A stretch of 61,065 bases of DNA, filler included, from Dugesia japonica (taxonomy: Eukaryota): NCBI GenBank assembly GCA_001938525.1. It is 6 parts of 6 records of this genome, joined end to end, with 100 filler letters (N's around TTAATTAATTAA, not from the genome) between each part and the next. Parts side by side here need not be neighbours in the genome. Positions count along the whole stretch, not along the records: positions 33,427 to 42,502 come from MQRL01583674.1; positions 42,603 to 52,726 come from MQRL01578042.1; 4 more parts are not named here. One strand, written 5' to 3'. Shown piece after piece: positions 39,032-50,069 of the stretch. The number at the start of each line of letters is the position of its first letter. Position 1 is the first letter of the stretch. The notes below the pieces were generated by a model. It was not told where the DNA came from. It searched no databases and worked only from the letters and a program-made list of their open reading frames with translations. Made by a program: the position numbers and the translations under genes.

Positions 39032-41389
39032 TCAAAAAATACTTAAGTCAAGTAAAAAAAAATAATATCTCACGTCAAATAAAAAATTCAAAGTAAAATT
39101 TATTGAAATGCCTCTCTTTCTACCGACTTCGTCATAAATGTATGAGCATATTCGTAATAATTAATATATTTTTAATTAATTAATACATACAATATTGTAT
39201 TATGCAACTATCCTAATGTTCGACGGTTAAAAGATATTTTATTTTTTCTCATTGAGAAAGATTTTTTTTTAATTGAGTTTAATTGTGAATTGTAAGGTGG
39301 CAAAACAAGTTGGCAGCTTCAACCAAAGTTTTAAATGAAACTGATTTCTTAAGTGCGTATTTATCTATAATAAAAACACGATTTTTAAAATTTAATTCAT
39401 TCTACTTCTGATTGATGCTGGAGTTTAAATAGGAATTCTTCGTATCAGGTTTCTTCATAAGATGTTCGACTTGAACAAGAAATTCCCATTTTTTTAATAG
39501 AATTAATTTTGTTTTCATCATTAGCATCATTTGTTGGACATATTCAAATTTCAAATCAGTGGTCCATGTTGCATTTCTGCACAAATTTAACTCTTTTAAA
39601 ACTATAAATGAATTCATCCAAATTTCTTTTGATGGCATTTTTTGAAACACTCATATTACAGACTTTTTCTATTTATGATTTCATGAATTATAATTTAACT
39701 GAAATATCTTTTTCAATCATCTGATTATAAAATACTTTTATTTGTCCAGTTATTTTTATTCTTTTGGTGTTCGAGTTTTTTAAAGAGTTTATTTTTCTTG
39801 TCTTGCTGAATAATTTTACTAGAATTTCCTACTGTGTTTTAAGATAAATTACCAGATTGCACATTTCCATTTGAATGGCATCATTAAGTTGTCGTTCAGG
39901 CAATTTCGTATTTATTTACGCTTTGATTTTNNNNNTTTTATTTGACATGATGATTTTGTAATGTGCATAACCCTGTATAATTCATTTCGCTTTATAGTTG
40001 GAAATAAAATAAATGTAATAGGCAAACGGGAATAAGATTCACAGAAGAAGACAGTTTTTTTAACAAAATAGTAGCAAGTATTATTTTAAAATGGATGTCA
40101 TTTAAGATAGCTCTGGATTCAGGTGTTCCATAAAATGATGCTGGCAGGGTAATAGTATATTTGGATTATATTTTATTACTTATTAAACATTATAACGTGA
40201 TTGATGAAATATTATTGAGAACTTTGAACGTAGGCAGTAAACATTGGTAGTAAACCAGAATAGTTCCTGTCTTTTACAGTGAGAGACTACTTTTTTTGAC
40301 AAAATANNNNNNNNNNNNNNNNNNNNNNNNNNNNNNNNNNNNNNNNNNNNNNNNNNNNNNNNNNNNNNNNNNNNNNNNNNNNNNNNNNNNNNNNNNNNNN
40401 NNNNNNNNNNNNNTGCCACCAAAACCCGCTGTTTGAAATAGCTGCACAGAGGCTCAAGTAATAAGAAATTGAATGGACAAATGAATTAATTAGAATTTTT
40501 GAAGAGTTAAAGGCCATTCCGATGAAAACACTGATTATTATTATTTTCAGACATCAATATGAATTTTATTCTAAACTTGGATGCGATTTTTGATACGATA
40601 TGGATAGTATTTTGTTTCAGAAGAACAAGGAAAGGAAGAAAAGATTTATTGCTTAAAGTTGGTGACAAGAAAGGTTACAGTTTTACAATGCAGAAATTAT
40701 TGGCAATATATTACTTTGTTTACATTTTAAGCATTATTTGTATATGANNNNNNNNNNNNNNNNNNNNNNNACAAAACTATTATCATTATGATGGCTACTA
40801 AATAGTTGAATACAGACGTGGATCAATTTTTTAAGTAGTCTTGGATATAGAAAGATGGTAAGTAGATTGAAATGTGAACCTTATATTCAGAGTCTGGCAG
40901 TATATGAAGAAGAGAGGAAATCGGAAAATATGAATTAAGTTGTTGAATGAATATTCTCATTTTCTGATTGAAAATTAAAAATAGATTCAAAAATTATATG
41001 AAGCACGGGCGCCCTCAGAATAAACTTGTTTTATAATTGAATAAATAAATAAATTCATGCGTTCATATTTTTAGGATAGTTACATAAATTATACTTGAAA
41101 ACNNNNNNNNNNNNNNNNNNNNNNNNNNNNNNNNNNNNNNNNNNNNNNNNNNNNNNNNNNNNNNNNNNNNNNNNNNNNNNNNNNNNNATTTTAGAAGTAT
41201 TAAATAAAAAATAATATTGGTTTTATGGAAATAGTAAATTTGTAACCTAAAAGAGATTTTTTCAATTTGTTTTTGAATTTTGAATTATATTTTATTCTTA
41301 TATATTTATATTTTTATAATTAAAGGCTTTTAAAAAAGTAAAAAGATGAAAATACTCAAGCGACTTTAGTCGACATGCGAATTCAATGG

Positions 41390-41785
41390 ATCAAGTGTTA
41401 TATAATAAAAATCCATAAATTGTTTGTGCAGAAATTTGTTCTCCTTTGACAAATGGCTTCGAGAAAAAAACTCATAACTTTTATGTAATACTCTTTATTG
41501 ACTGTTTTACATTGTTTCAGAAATTCATGATTTACCAAACTTTGATAATTTATAACAGTAANCCAAACCTTGGTTTTAGATCAAGTTAGACGAACATTTT
41601 TCGATATTGGTACATTTGAAGGACTCAATTCACTTCCCTGTTGTTTTGTTAACATATCAAACTAGTAATTGCAGGTTTTGTCTCCAATAATAATACTTTG
41701 GATGCATTTAAAATCATTATTCAATTAATCAGGCATATCTTTAAAAACATCAACATGATGTTGTTGTTGCAAAATAAATTAGTTN
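41390..41785 (-). pseudogene. Mariner transposase fragment
   Basis: IIGDKTCNY*FDMLTKQQGSEL..SKTKVW..HEFLKQCKTVNKEYY resembles ITGDETW.Y.YDPETKQQS..HEFLP.GQTVNKEYY. Confidence 0.75.
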
Positions 41786-42602
41786 NNNNNNNNNNNNNNN
41801 NNNNNNNNNNNNNNNNNNNNNNNNNNNNNNNNNNNNNNNNNNNNNNNNNNNNNNNNNNNNNNNNNNNNNNNNNNNNNNNNNNNNNNNNNNNNNNNNNNNN
41901 NNNNNNNNNNNNNNNNNNAAATTTTCTTTAACTATTGAAGTTGATAGATGACCAAAATGACTATATATTCCATTTTAAAATCGAATATGATAAAAAATTG
42001 ATACGAATAACCAAAGAAACTATATATTAAAGATAGGTACATTAAATTGAAATTAATAGTAACTAAAGGTTGGACCAGCATACGTGAAAAGAGTTTTTTC
42101 AATTATGAATTTCGCGCGAGTTTAAAAATAAAGTCTTTTTATCAAAAAAACTTTTTGAACACATTAGTATAACCAAGTATTCACTTTTAAAACCGAGTGG
42201 CATTGCATAACTAATTTAAAGTANNNNNNNNNNNNNNNNNNNNNNNNNNNNNNNNNNNNNNNNNNNNNNNNNNNNNNNNNNNNNNNNNNNNNNNNNNNNN
42301 NNNNNNNNNNNNNNNNNNNNNNNNNNTGGCTAACTGTTGGTCTTTACATATTTTGAGACAATTTCCCAAAGCACAAATTTAACAAGAATCGTATTTTATT
42401 AAATTACGGATAATCTTAATTGATATTATAATTGTTTTGAAATAAAAGTATTCTAAATTCAAAAACACTTAAATGAATAAAACCAATCAGAAATTAAAAT
42501 TCNNNNNNNNNNNNNNNNNNNNNNNNNNNNNNNNNNNNNNNNNNNNTTAATTAATTAANNNNNNNNNNNNNNNNNNNNNNNNNNNNNNNNNNNNNNNNNN
42601 NN

Positions 42603-43050
42603 GCTGCTTCTATTGGTTGATCAATCACATGTCCTTTCTTGGCAATAACTTGAGTCCCATGTTTGATGGTAATTTTCCCGGTGGCAAATCCTTCATCGCA
42701 TTGTTGTCCGGTTAGATGTACAGAATGTCTCACTGTTTCTGGGTCAATGATTGAAGTATAACTGTGATATCCACAATGAAATATGATGTTTTTACCGTTA
42801 CTGTACATTCGCGTACTTGGGCCTTATAGTAATCAGACTCTTGATATAAATGGTAGACGGAATTATTACGGAATGAGATTTTCTCCGGGTTTGCGTCTGG
42901 ACATTCTTCTGTATCCACTAACGAGAATACTTCCTTCCCAACTTGCATTCCATCGCATTCGTATGCTAGTATGGCTTCACTTCTGCCCATCATTAAGAAT
43001 AACAAGAGTATTGTAGTGGTTAACGCTTGCCAGGAGTTTCGACGAGGTCC
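42603..43050 (-). pseudogene. env: Envelope glycoprotein N-terminus, chuvirus (Jingchuvirales)-glycoprotein-like, with internal signal peptide
   Basis: RRNSWQALTTTILLLFLMMGRSEA / ILAYECDG..FSLVDTEECP..HLYQESDY..RECTVTV(K)NIIFHCGYHSYTSII..QQCDEGFATGKI after repairing one frameshift in an A-run at ~42790. Confidence 0.75.
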
Positions 43051-43129
43051 ACGTGTCCATCCATTCTCGATCTCATTTAACTGATCCCGAACAATCCTGA
43101 TTACTCTAGTAGCATTTTCATGAGAGGGC

Positions 43130-43530
43130 TGAGGTTTAGGGCATATTGCCTCAATAAACTTTTCCCATCCCCCATGCTGTTTTATNNNNNNNNNNNNNNN
43201 NNNNNNNNNNNNNNNNNNNNNNNNNNNNNNNNNNNTTTGACGGCTTGCTTCTAGCGATTGTTAGGTGTGTTTGATTAATCAGATGCGCTATGGATACTAC
43301 TATCCTTCCCTTCGTTGGCTGCTCTTGTAATAATTCATCCATTACCCCTTTTAAATTATTTCTTGTACCATGACTGGTGCCTTTAGTGGCGGGAAATTTC
43401 CTAATGGCTGCCTCTATTTCCTTTGCCAATGGCCTAAGACTATCAGATAGCTGAAACTTTCCAATCCATATTTTTAACTCTGGGTATAACATTAATAATA
43501 ATTGCCGTATTACTACTTCGGTTGGCATGT
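43130..43530 (-). CDS. Bcl-2-like domain within ORF2 polyprotein
   Basis: BH3-like LRPLAKEIE, BH1-like VMDELLQEQPTKGRIVVSIAHL, and BH2-like IKQHGGWEKFIE (43150-43185, read in the glycoprotein frame just after the N gap). Confidence 0.7.
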
Positions 43531-44344
43531 CATCATCTGTTGAATTTTCGTGGTATCTTTCTTGTGATACCGTTGCTAGTCGCTTAGTTTGATGGTTTAT
43601 TGATGTGGTTAATCGTTTTTGTTTTAAGGCCTCTGGGTTTTCCGGGGGCTTGGTTCTTGACCGACCTCTATTACGAGGTTCCGTAATTGTTTCCGCATCT
43701 ACTCGGGTGCGTACTGGCTTTGGCAGTATTTCCTCGTCTTCTATTTCTATCGGATTTTCCATCTCTAGTGAGTGGTTTGTATCCATCAAATCATCTATTA
43801 CCGAAGATGGCAATTCTTTTGCTATTCTGCTTAATATTGGTGACAATGGTTGGTCTTCCAATATGTCTTCCTCGTCCAAGTCGACCTTGCTAGGGTCGTA
43901 TTTTTTACTGCGTGCTGGTTCTTTCACCTTGATTTCTTCACTTTTTCTAGTTGGAGGAGAATATTTTGTAATTTGTAAGTCGTCTTTGTCTTCTGCTGAC
44001 TCGTCTGCTGATGGTGATCCAAATATTTCACGTTCCCAATCTTGGCTTGTTTTAGGAGTTTCTTTGGTTTCCCGGGACGCTTCAGTGCTTCCAGATTGAT
44101 CTGTTGTAGGTCTTAATATTTGACTAGCCGCTAGTTGTGTACGGTGTTTATATGCTTTTAACATACCGGATGTCTCTCCCATTATTGGTCTGGTTTTATC
44201 TGCTGCTTTATAGGGATCTNNNNNNNNNNNNNNNNNNNNNNNNNNNNNNNNNNNNNNNNNNNNNNNNNNNNNNNNNNNNNNNNNNNNNNNNNNNNNNNNN
44301 NNNNNNNNNNNNNNNNNNNNNNNNNNNNNNNNNNNNNNNNNNAG

Positions 44345-47300
44345 TTTGTATGGTGGTTTAAATGGCAACTTGTCTCGTAGTTGTTTTACCGTATTATACA
44401 CCGGCATTTTAACCGTGATTTTGTCCCCTTCTGGATCGATTATTCTGAATTTAACTTCCAATGGCGTGGGTTGTCCCATCTCCGCTTTTCTCCATTTAAC
44501 TAGAATTTTACTAAACTGAACTGGATCCCATACATGTGCTACTTTGATAGCTAGTATTAATCGTCGCAATTTTCTAAGATCTTCTACTGCCAAATCTTGT
44601 TGTAAGGCTATATTGTATCGTCGCATGATTTCCGGCTTTATTAACTTATCGCCTACTAGTAATTCGAACAATTTCGGTAAATTGTCTTCTGGTTTTTCAT
44701 CTTTGACCGGGGTGTTGGTCAGAGCTGCTCCCATCTATACTCTTTGATTATTTTGCTCTCGTTTAGAGAGTTTAGCTCTAGCGAATATTAATGGATGTAT
44801 TTCTTCCAGGTAATATTCCACTAACTCCCTAGCTTCCTGCTTCCATTTTTCCTCCGAGACCCGTGGTCGTCGTCTCTTCTCATCCCTTGATGTTAAATAA
44901 ATTTTTAATTTAGTACCTGGCCAAACCCCCATATATTTTACTGGCAATCTCATTTGGTCTGATTCTATTACGTGGCTGTAATAGAGTACTATGTCGTCTT
45001 CCTGAACTGATGTTTGCAATCCAGTTTCCTCCTCGTTAAGGCTACGTTNTTGATTCATAAATTTTACAATCCTCTTCCGCAACTTAGCCCATGGTTCGTT
45101 CATTTGGACCTGCCAACGAATTTCAGTTTCGTCGGGAAATCTGATTGTTACCGTGACGGCTTCGTTGGTTATCATTCAAACTGTGTTATTTAATATTGCA
45201 TCCATTATGTCTTCCGGCATTTAACTTATGGCTCGTAATTGATTTAGCTCTAGAACTAATTCAATGACTTTGTCATGTCTTAATAGTTCCAAGTTTTCTT
45301 CCAAGGTTAAAAGTATTTTCATTATTACTCGCGCCAGACTTCCCCATGTTTTACTGTCTTCCCATAACTCAATATTTATCTGCATTGTTCTGTCATTGAC
45401 TACTTCGAATAACTGTCCACTGTTAATTTCTTGTTCGTATAGTTCCTCTAGTTGTTGTATTACTTCCTCCATAGATTTTACCGGGCCTGGAATGTAATCC
45501 TCTGGTTTCTGTATTTGGAGAAATGTATTTTCTCCGGGTCTTAATCCTACATCCATTAAATGTTGTTTTCCTTCAAACTTTATGGGGAATCTCAGATGAT
45601 CGCTTGTGATTATATAGCTTTTCTGCTGGTCGGCTATATCCAGTGTTTCTATAATTTCTTGTAATTCCCCCGCTGATGTACTGTTAAAATGTGGTATGTG
45701 CATGACAGTCAATTCCGGTTCCTTTCTGGTTTTTTTTGTTTGGTGTCAGATATTTTATCGTGACTTGAAAATCTTCTCCCCTGGCACTTGTTTTCACTGC
45801 ACCAATATACGACTTGATTACTGATTCCTACTTGGCACAATCTTCTCTTGCTATTTCAGTATACTTTGTTAGATACATTAGTAAATTTAATGCTTTCCAA
45901 AATGCTACTCGAGGTATCCTTTCCTTGAAATAACAAAAATCCGAAATTATCTTCGATATCCGCTCTGCCTGCGGCGAACTGAAAGGGCCAGCGAATTCAT
46001 GTTTAAATGGTTACAATCGGGGTTGACCAATATCCTCCGAGATTTCTTCCTCCTGCTCTTCTTCATCTGAGGTTAGGTCTGGTGTGTCATGGTCTTTACT
46101 CCGAACCATGTTTATTTGGGCTTTATTTTCGCCATAAGTGTTTATGAGTCGTTCATTCTCTACCGGTAGTATTTCTTGTAGATATAAGCTCATCATGTTA
46201 AATATGAGTTGATCGGTATCCGGCATTTTCGATATTGGGATGTCTACGGTCATTTTACGCGATGTTAGTTTGATTTCTGTGATCTCCCTTGGCTTGATAT
46301 CATGCAAAAAGATATGGTCCTCTTTCTCGGCTAATATAATCATTGTTGCTCCTGCTTGCATTTTATAGGACTTGAGCGATTTTGGTCATAGCCATTTCTT
46401 GATTGGTTTTATGATATGGTTGATCGTTAGTCCTTCCAGCGTTATCATATCTACCTTTTTTATGCTTCCCTCCTTACTAAGTAGGCTGACTCTGATAGAA
46501 TAGTCGGATATAGTGGATGTATTCTGTACTTCCTCTTCGTANNNNNNNNNNNNNNNNNNNNNNNNNNNNNNNNNNNNNNNNNNNNNNNNNNNNNNATTGC
46601 CAAATCCCGTAAGTTATTCATCATTTTCCAATATACTTTGATATTCACGACTGGTCGCGTTTCTCGTGTTACTCTTAGTAGATCATTGATAGCGTGAAAC
46701 GTGGCGGATTCCTCCGTTATCGGTTTGGTATAATTCATCCGAATATCGCGTATTGTTGGCGTGCCTTCTGGGAATATGACGGATTTTGTAGTAATTATTG
46801 GCAAGTTATCGATATTCTGTATTTTCTGATTCTCTTTTACTTGTTCCTTTATGCCAGTTAATACCTCGGATACGTATAATTCTGTTATCTCTTCCATTCG
46901 CTCCTCGAGATCCGGTGATTGATTCGTCCGTGGCTCCTCGTCTACATCTAACTCACATATTTCTCCGGGCTTTGCGTGGCATTGAAATATGTGTTTGTCC
47001 TCGTCGTTGATCTCAACCAATTTGCCATTTATGAACAGAGGTACCATGTTTAGCCCTAGTTCTCGCCACTTATCGGTAATGGCATCAATTAAATCCATCA
47101 TGGTTATTCCTTGTGGTTTTAACCGACTATATTTAGTCAGTTCCTGTTCATTTTTACCTATATTTAAATATAATTTATAATCCTGAATTTTGGTAGTTGC
47201 CAATATCTCTTCGGCATATTTCTGCCTAATCATGAGCCATTGGTTCTCGATTTCCTCCGGTATTTCTAGTCCATCATATATGTCGTAGATTCTATTCATT

Positions 47301-48047
47301 ATCATCCAATAGGTTTCTCGGGGTAAGTTCTCCTTCTCCATCTGTACTCGGTTAACCATTTCCTCCACTTTACGCATTGCTACTACCTCTCTTGATGGCA
47401 TCTGTTGCATTCTTATCATGTTGCATTTGCCCTCTCTTCTCTCCAATCGCTGCCTGAGGAAGTCGTTAGGCGTCATTAACAACTGTTTCCTCTCTTTCTT
47501 TGTCAGTTTATCTTTCTTCGCGAGTACCGTGGAAAGTATCTTGATTTTAATTGGTAATACTCCTGGTTTATATAGATATTCCATTTCTCCCATGATTTCT
47601 AAAGCTGATCTTCCGGTTTTTGTTATCCAGATGTCATAGTCAATACCGGGGTGTTTGTCCAATACTACGATTTCAATGTCCTCTCCTAGTTTTACTCCAA
47701 AATCGTATAGATGTTTCTTTCGGGCGTTAAAATCTATCATAGCACTTGGAGTGCACACATATGTATCAGTTATGCATGGATAACCTGCTTGATTAAGCGC
47801 CGCCTCTAGATCTTCTACCATTAATCCCGTGAGGGTCAATTTCATGTTACCTTCTGGGCTATATAACCATACTTAGTAATCTGATGATTCCATGTTAGAT
47901 ATTACCCATTCATAATGCACTGGTAACCATTCTGTCCAATCGGGCGTATTCTGGTATTTCCCTTCAGTTTCTATTTCTTCTTGATTCATTTCTAAATGTG
48001 AAACATTGATTAACTTCCCCGTGGTTTTTATCTATATACATATTCAT
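44345..48047 (-). pseudogene. ORF2 polyprotein N-terminal part: six ~230-aa repeats each beginning with a ubiquitin-like (beta-grasp) domain
   Basis: Recurring end motifs KHLYDFGVKLGEDIEIV, KHIFQCHAKPGEICELD, DHIFLHDIKPREITEIK, QHLMDVGLRPGENTFLQ and LPVKYMGVWPGTKLKIY, each followed by an E..ELY..E helix. ORFs 45221-45712, 44735-45175 and 43151-44734 share one frame. Confidence 0.7.
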
Positions 48048-48094
48048 TAAGTAAGTTTACCATTTACACTACTTACAGGTAATTTCTCTTTATT

Positions 48095-49700
48095 TTAAAA
48101 TACCAATATACCCGGTGCCTGGTAGTGTCTAGGCACATACATTGGTAATTCGTGAGGTGCGTTTCCTAGCGGAATTCCCGAATAGTTTGGTGGAGCTAAT
48201 CGTAATTGTCGCTCCCGTTTGCTGCGGTGGTGTTTCTCTTTCTTTGGTTTTGAAACAAGTAGACAAATAATGCTTATTATAAGCACCGTAATAATAATTC
48301 CTCCGATACCTAACGCATAACCTAATTCATAACTTCTTGTTGGTTGAATTGTGGTGGTTCTCATAGATTCTGTAATGGATTTTTCTATTATTTCTATGTG
48401 ATTCCTTCTTGGTTCAAATTTGCTTAAATTTGACATCCAATTGTTCAGAAAATTTGCTCTTTTTTCTTCCTTCTCGCGATTCTGTGTTGTGGTGGTTATC
48501 TGAATTTTGGTAGTATTTGCTAACTTGGGTATGTTTGTGTGTATGGGTATTTTGGTAGTCCCTTTTTGTTTTCCCGTTGCCTTGGTTTTTATTATTATAT
48601 CTTGGTTAATTACCGTGATAAATTCAAATCCCCATAAATCTTTGTCAAATTCTCNAATATTCATCTCTTGATACATTTCCCTTCTCCAATAATCTTTAGT
48701 ATTGAATCTCCATCCCCACTCATCAAGATCCTTGATCGTATGTATTAACAATTGTTCCACCTTCTTCACGAACCGTACATAGTACATACCCTTAATTTTT
48801 TTCACTTGTAAAGAATATGGGCCCGTTGCCAATATGGTTTCCACCCCTTAAATTCTTGATTTANNNNNNNNNNNNNNNNNNNNNNNNNNNNNNNNNNNNN
48901 NNNNNNNNNNNNNTATGGAATGTACTTCTCGGCCCTGAGTGACTGTTATGCTCTTTTGTCCTATTTCTACCCCCTTTTTATTCCATAATTCTGTTTCGTA
49001 TTGCATGCGCTGCCATATAATCGTATGGTACAGGTATTCACTTTTTGGACATATTGTCGTTATTTGTCCTCCGGTATCATTTCGTATCCATTCTTTGTGC
49101 CTGAAGTTATTTTCTACATAATATAATACAGAGTTACTTCCTCGTGATACTTTGAATTCTTTACTTGCTTCGTAAATTAATGGGTTGTTCGGATTTCTCC
49201 ACGTTATGTCCCATACTTTTTCTATCTGCCACTTGTCTATATTGAACCCCAATAATCTTCCTTCCACTGGTTCTTGGCTGAGGAGTTGTATCATAATCCT
49301 TCCTTTTGCTCGGTGTAGTTTAATCATGGTGCTTTTTTGACTTTTTATCACTGGTGTTAAAATTAATTGTCCGTAACCATACATTGCTTGTGTTTTCTGT
49401 TCCCTCTGAAATCCTAAACGACTTATTGTTATGACGTGCATCTTTCCTTCCTTGATGAGTATTCTATGTTCCGTTAAGACTGGTTCATTTACCCAGCATT
49501 CTTGACCTCCGATCCATCTTAGGATCATTATTATAGTGGTTATTATGATTTGTCCACTGGAAATTCCATTCTGAGAAGTTACTTGTACCTGTTGCATTGC
49601 TAAGGTTGGTAACGAAAGTCCTACTAGAATTAACAAAATTAATTAAGTAAACAAAATTAATATGCCATAATACCAACTTGTGTTGATTACCGCCCATAAC
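48095..49700 (-). pseudogene. Type-I membrane glycoprotein at the C-terminus of ORF1 (signal-like segments, ectodomain, Thr-rich stalk, TM helix, PPxY tail)
   Basis: Hydrophobic LILLILVGLSLPTLA and IIITTIIMILRWIGG, sequons NDT/NTT/NLS, stalk TTKIQITTTTQ, TM LGYALGIGGIIITVLIISIICLLV followed by KPKKEK, and PPNY at 48182-48193. Confidence 0.7.
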
Positions 49701-50069
49701 ATCAGGGATGCTTTGACTATTATTTCTTCTGTAATCTCATTCTTGCTTCCTTGTGGTAACTCGTTTTTTGATTTTCTTAGTTTTGATCGATCCACCACAT
49801 CTTGTATCAATGTCATTTTCATTTTTTTCGCCCTTCCAGGCGTTATTCTGACTGATTGTCTCTCTTCTTTTTCCATTCCATCCCCTTGACCGTGAAATGA
49901 TTGTCTCATCAATTTCACTTGTTTTTCCAACCCTTCATTAGGATTCGCGATACTGATTGGTTTCAATTTCCTACAAGCCAATTTGTCTGATCGTATGTCT
50001 AGTAAGGTCATATTTTTTGTTTGTGTTTACTTTGAATAGGTGGTTCGACGATTGGATATCTAACTGTTC

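Noticed and set aside
38667-39046. Poly-Ile/Leu ORFs here and poly-Asn/Tyr/Ile/Leu ORFs at 55653-55967
   Set aside because: Translations of (TTA)n microsatellites and N gaps.
39380-39920. Helitron helicase or non-LTR fragment (ICPTND motif)
   Set aside because: Single short motif with no supporting neighbouring motifs.
43151-43185. C-terminus KTAWGMGKVY of the 527-aa ORF as given in the ORF track
   Set aside because: It depends on the estimated N-gap length. The alternative frame gives a BH2 motif and stays open into the glycoprotein.
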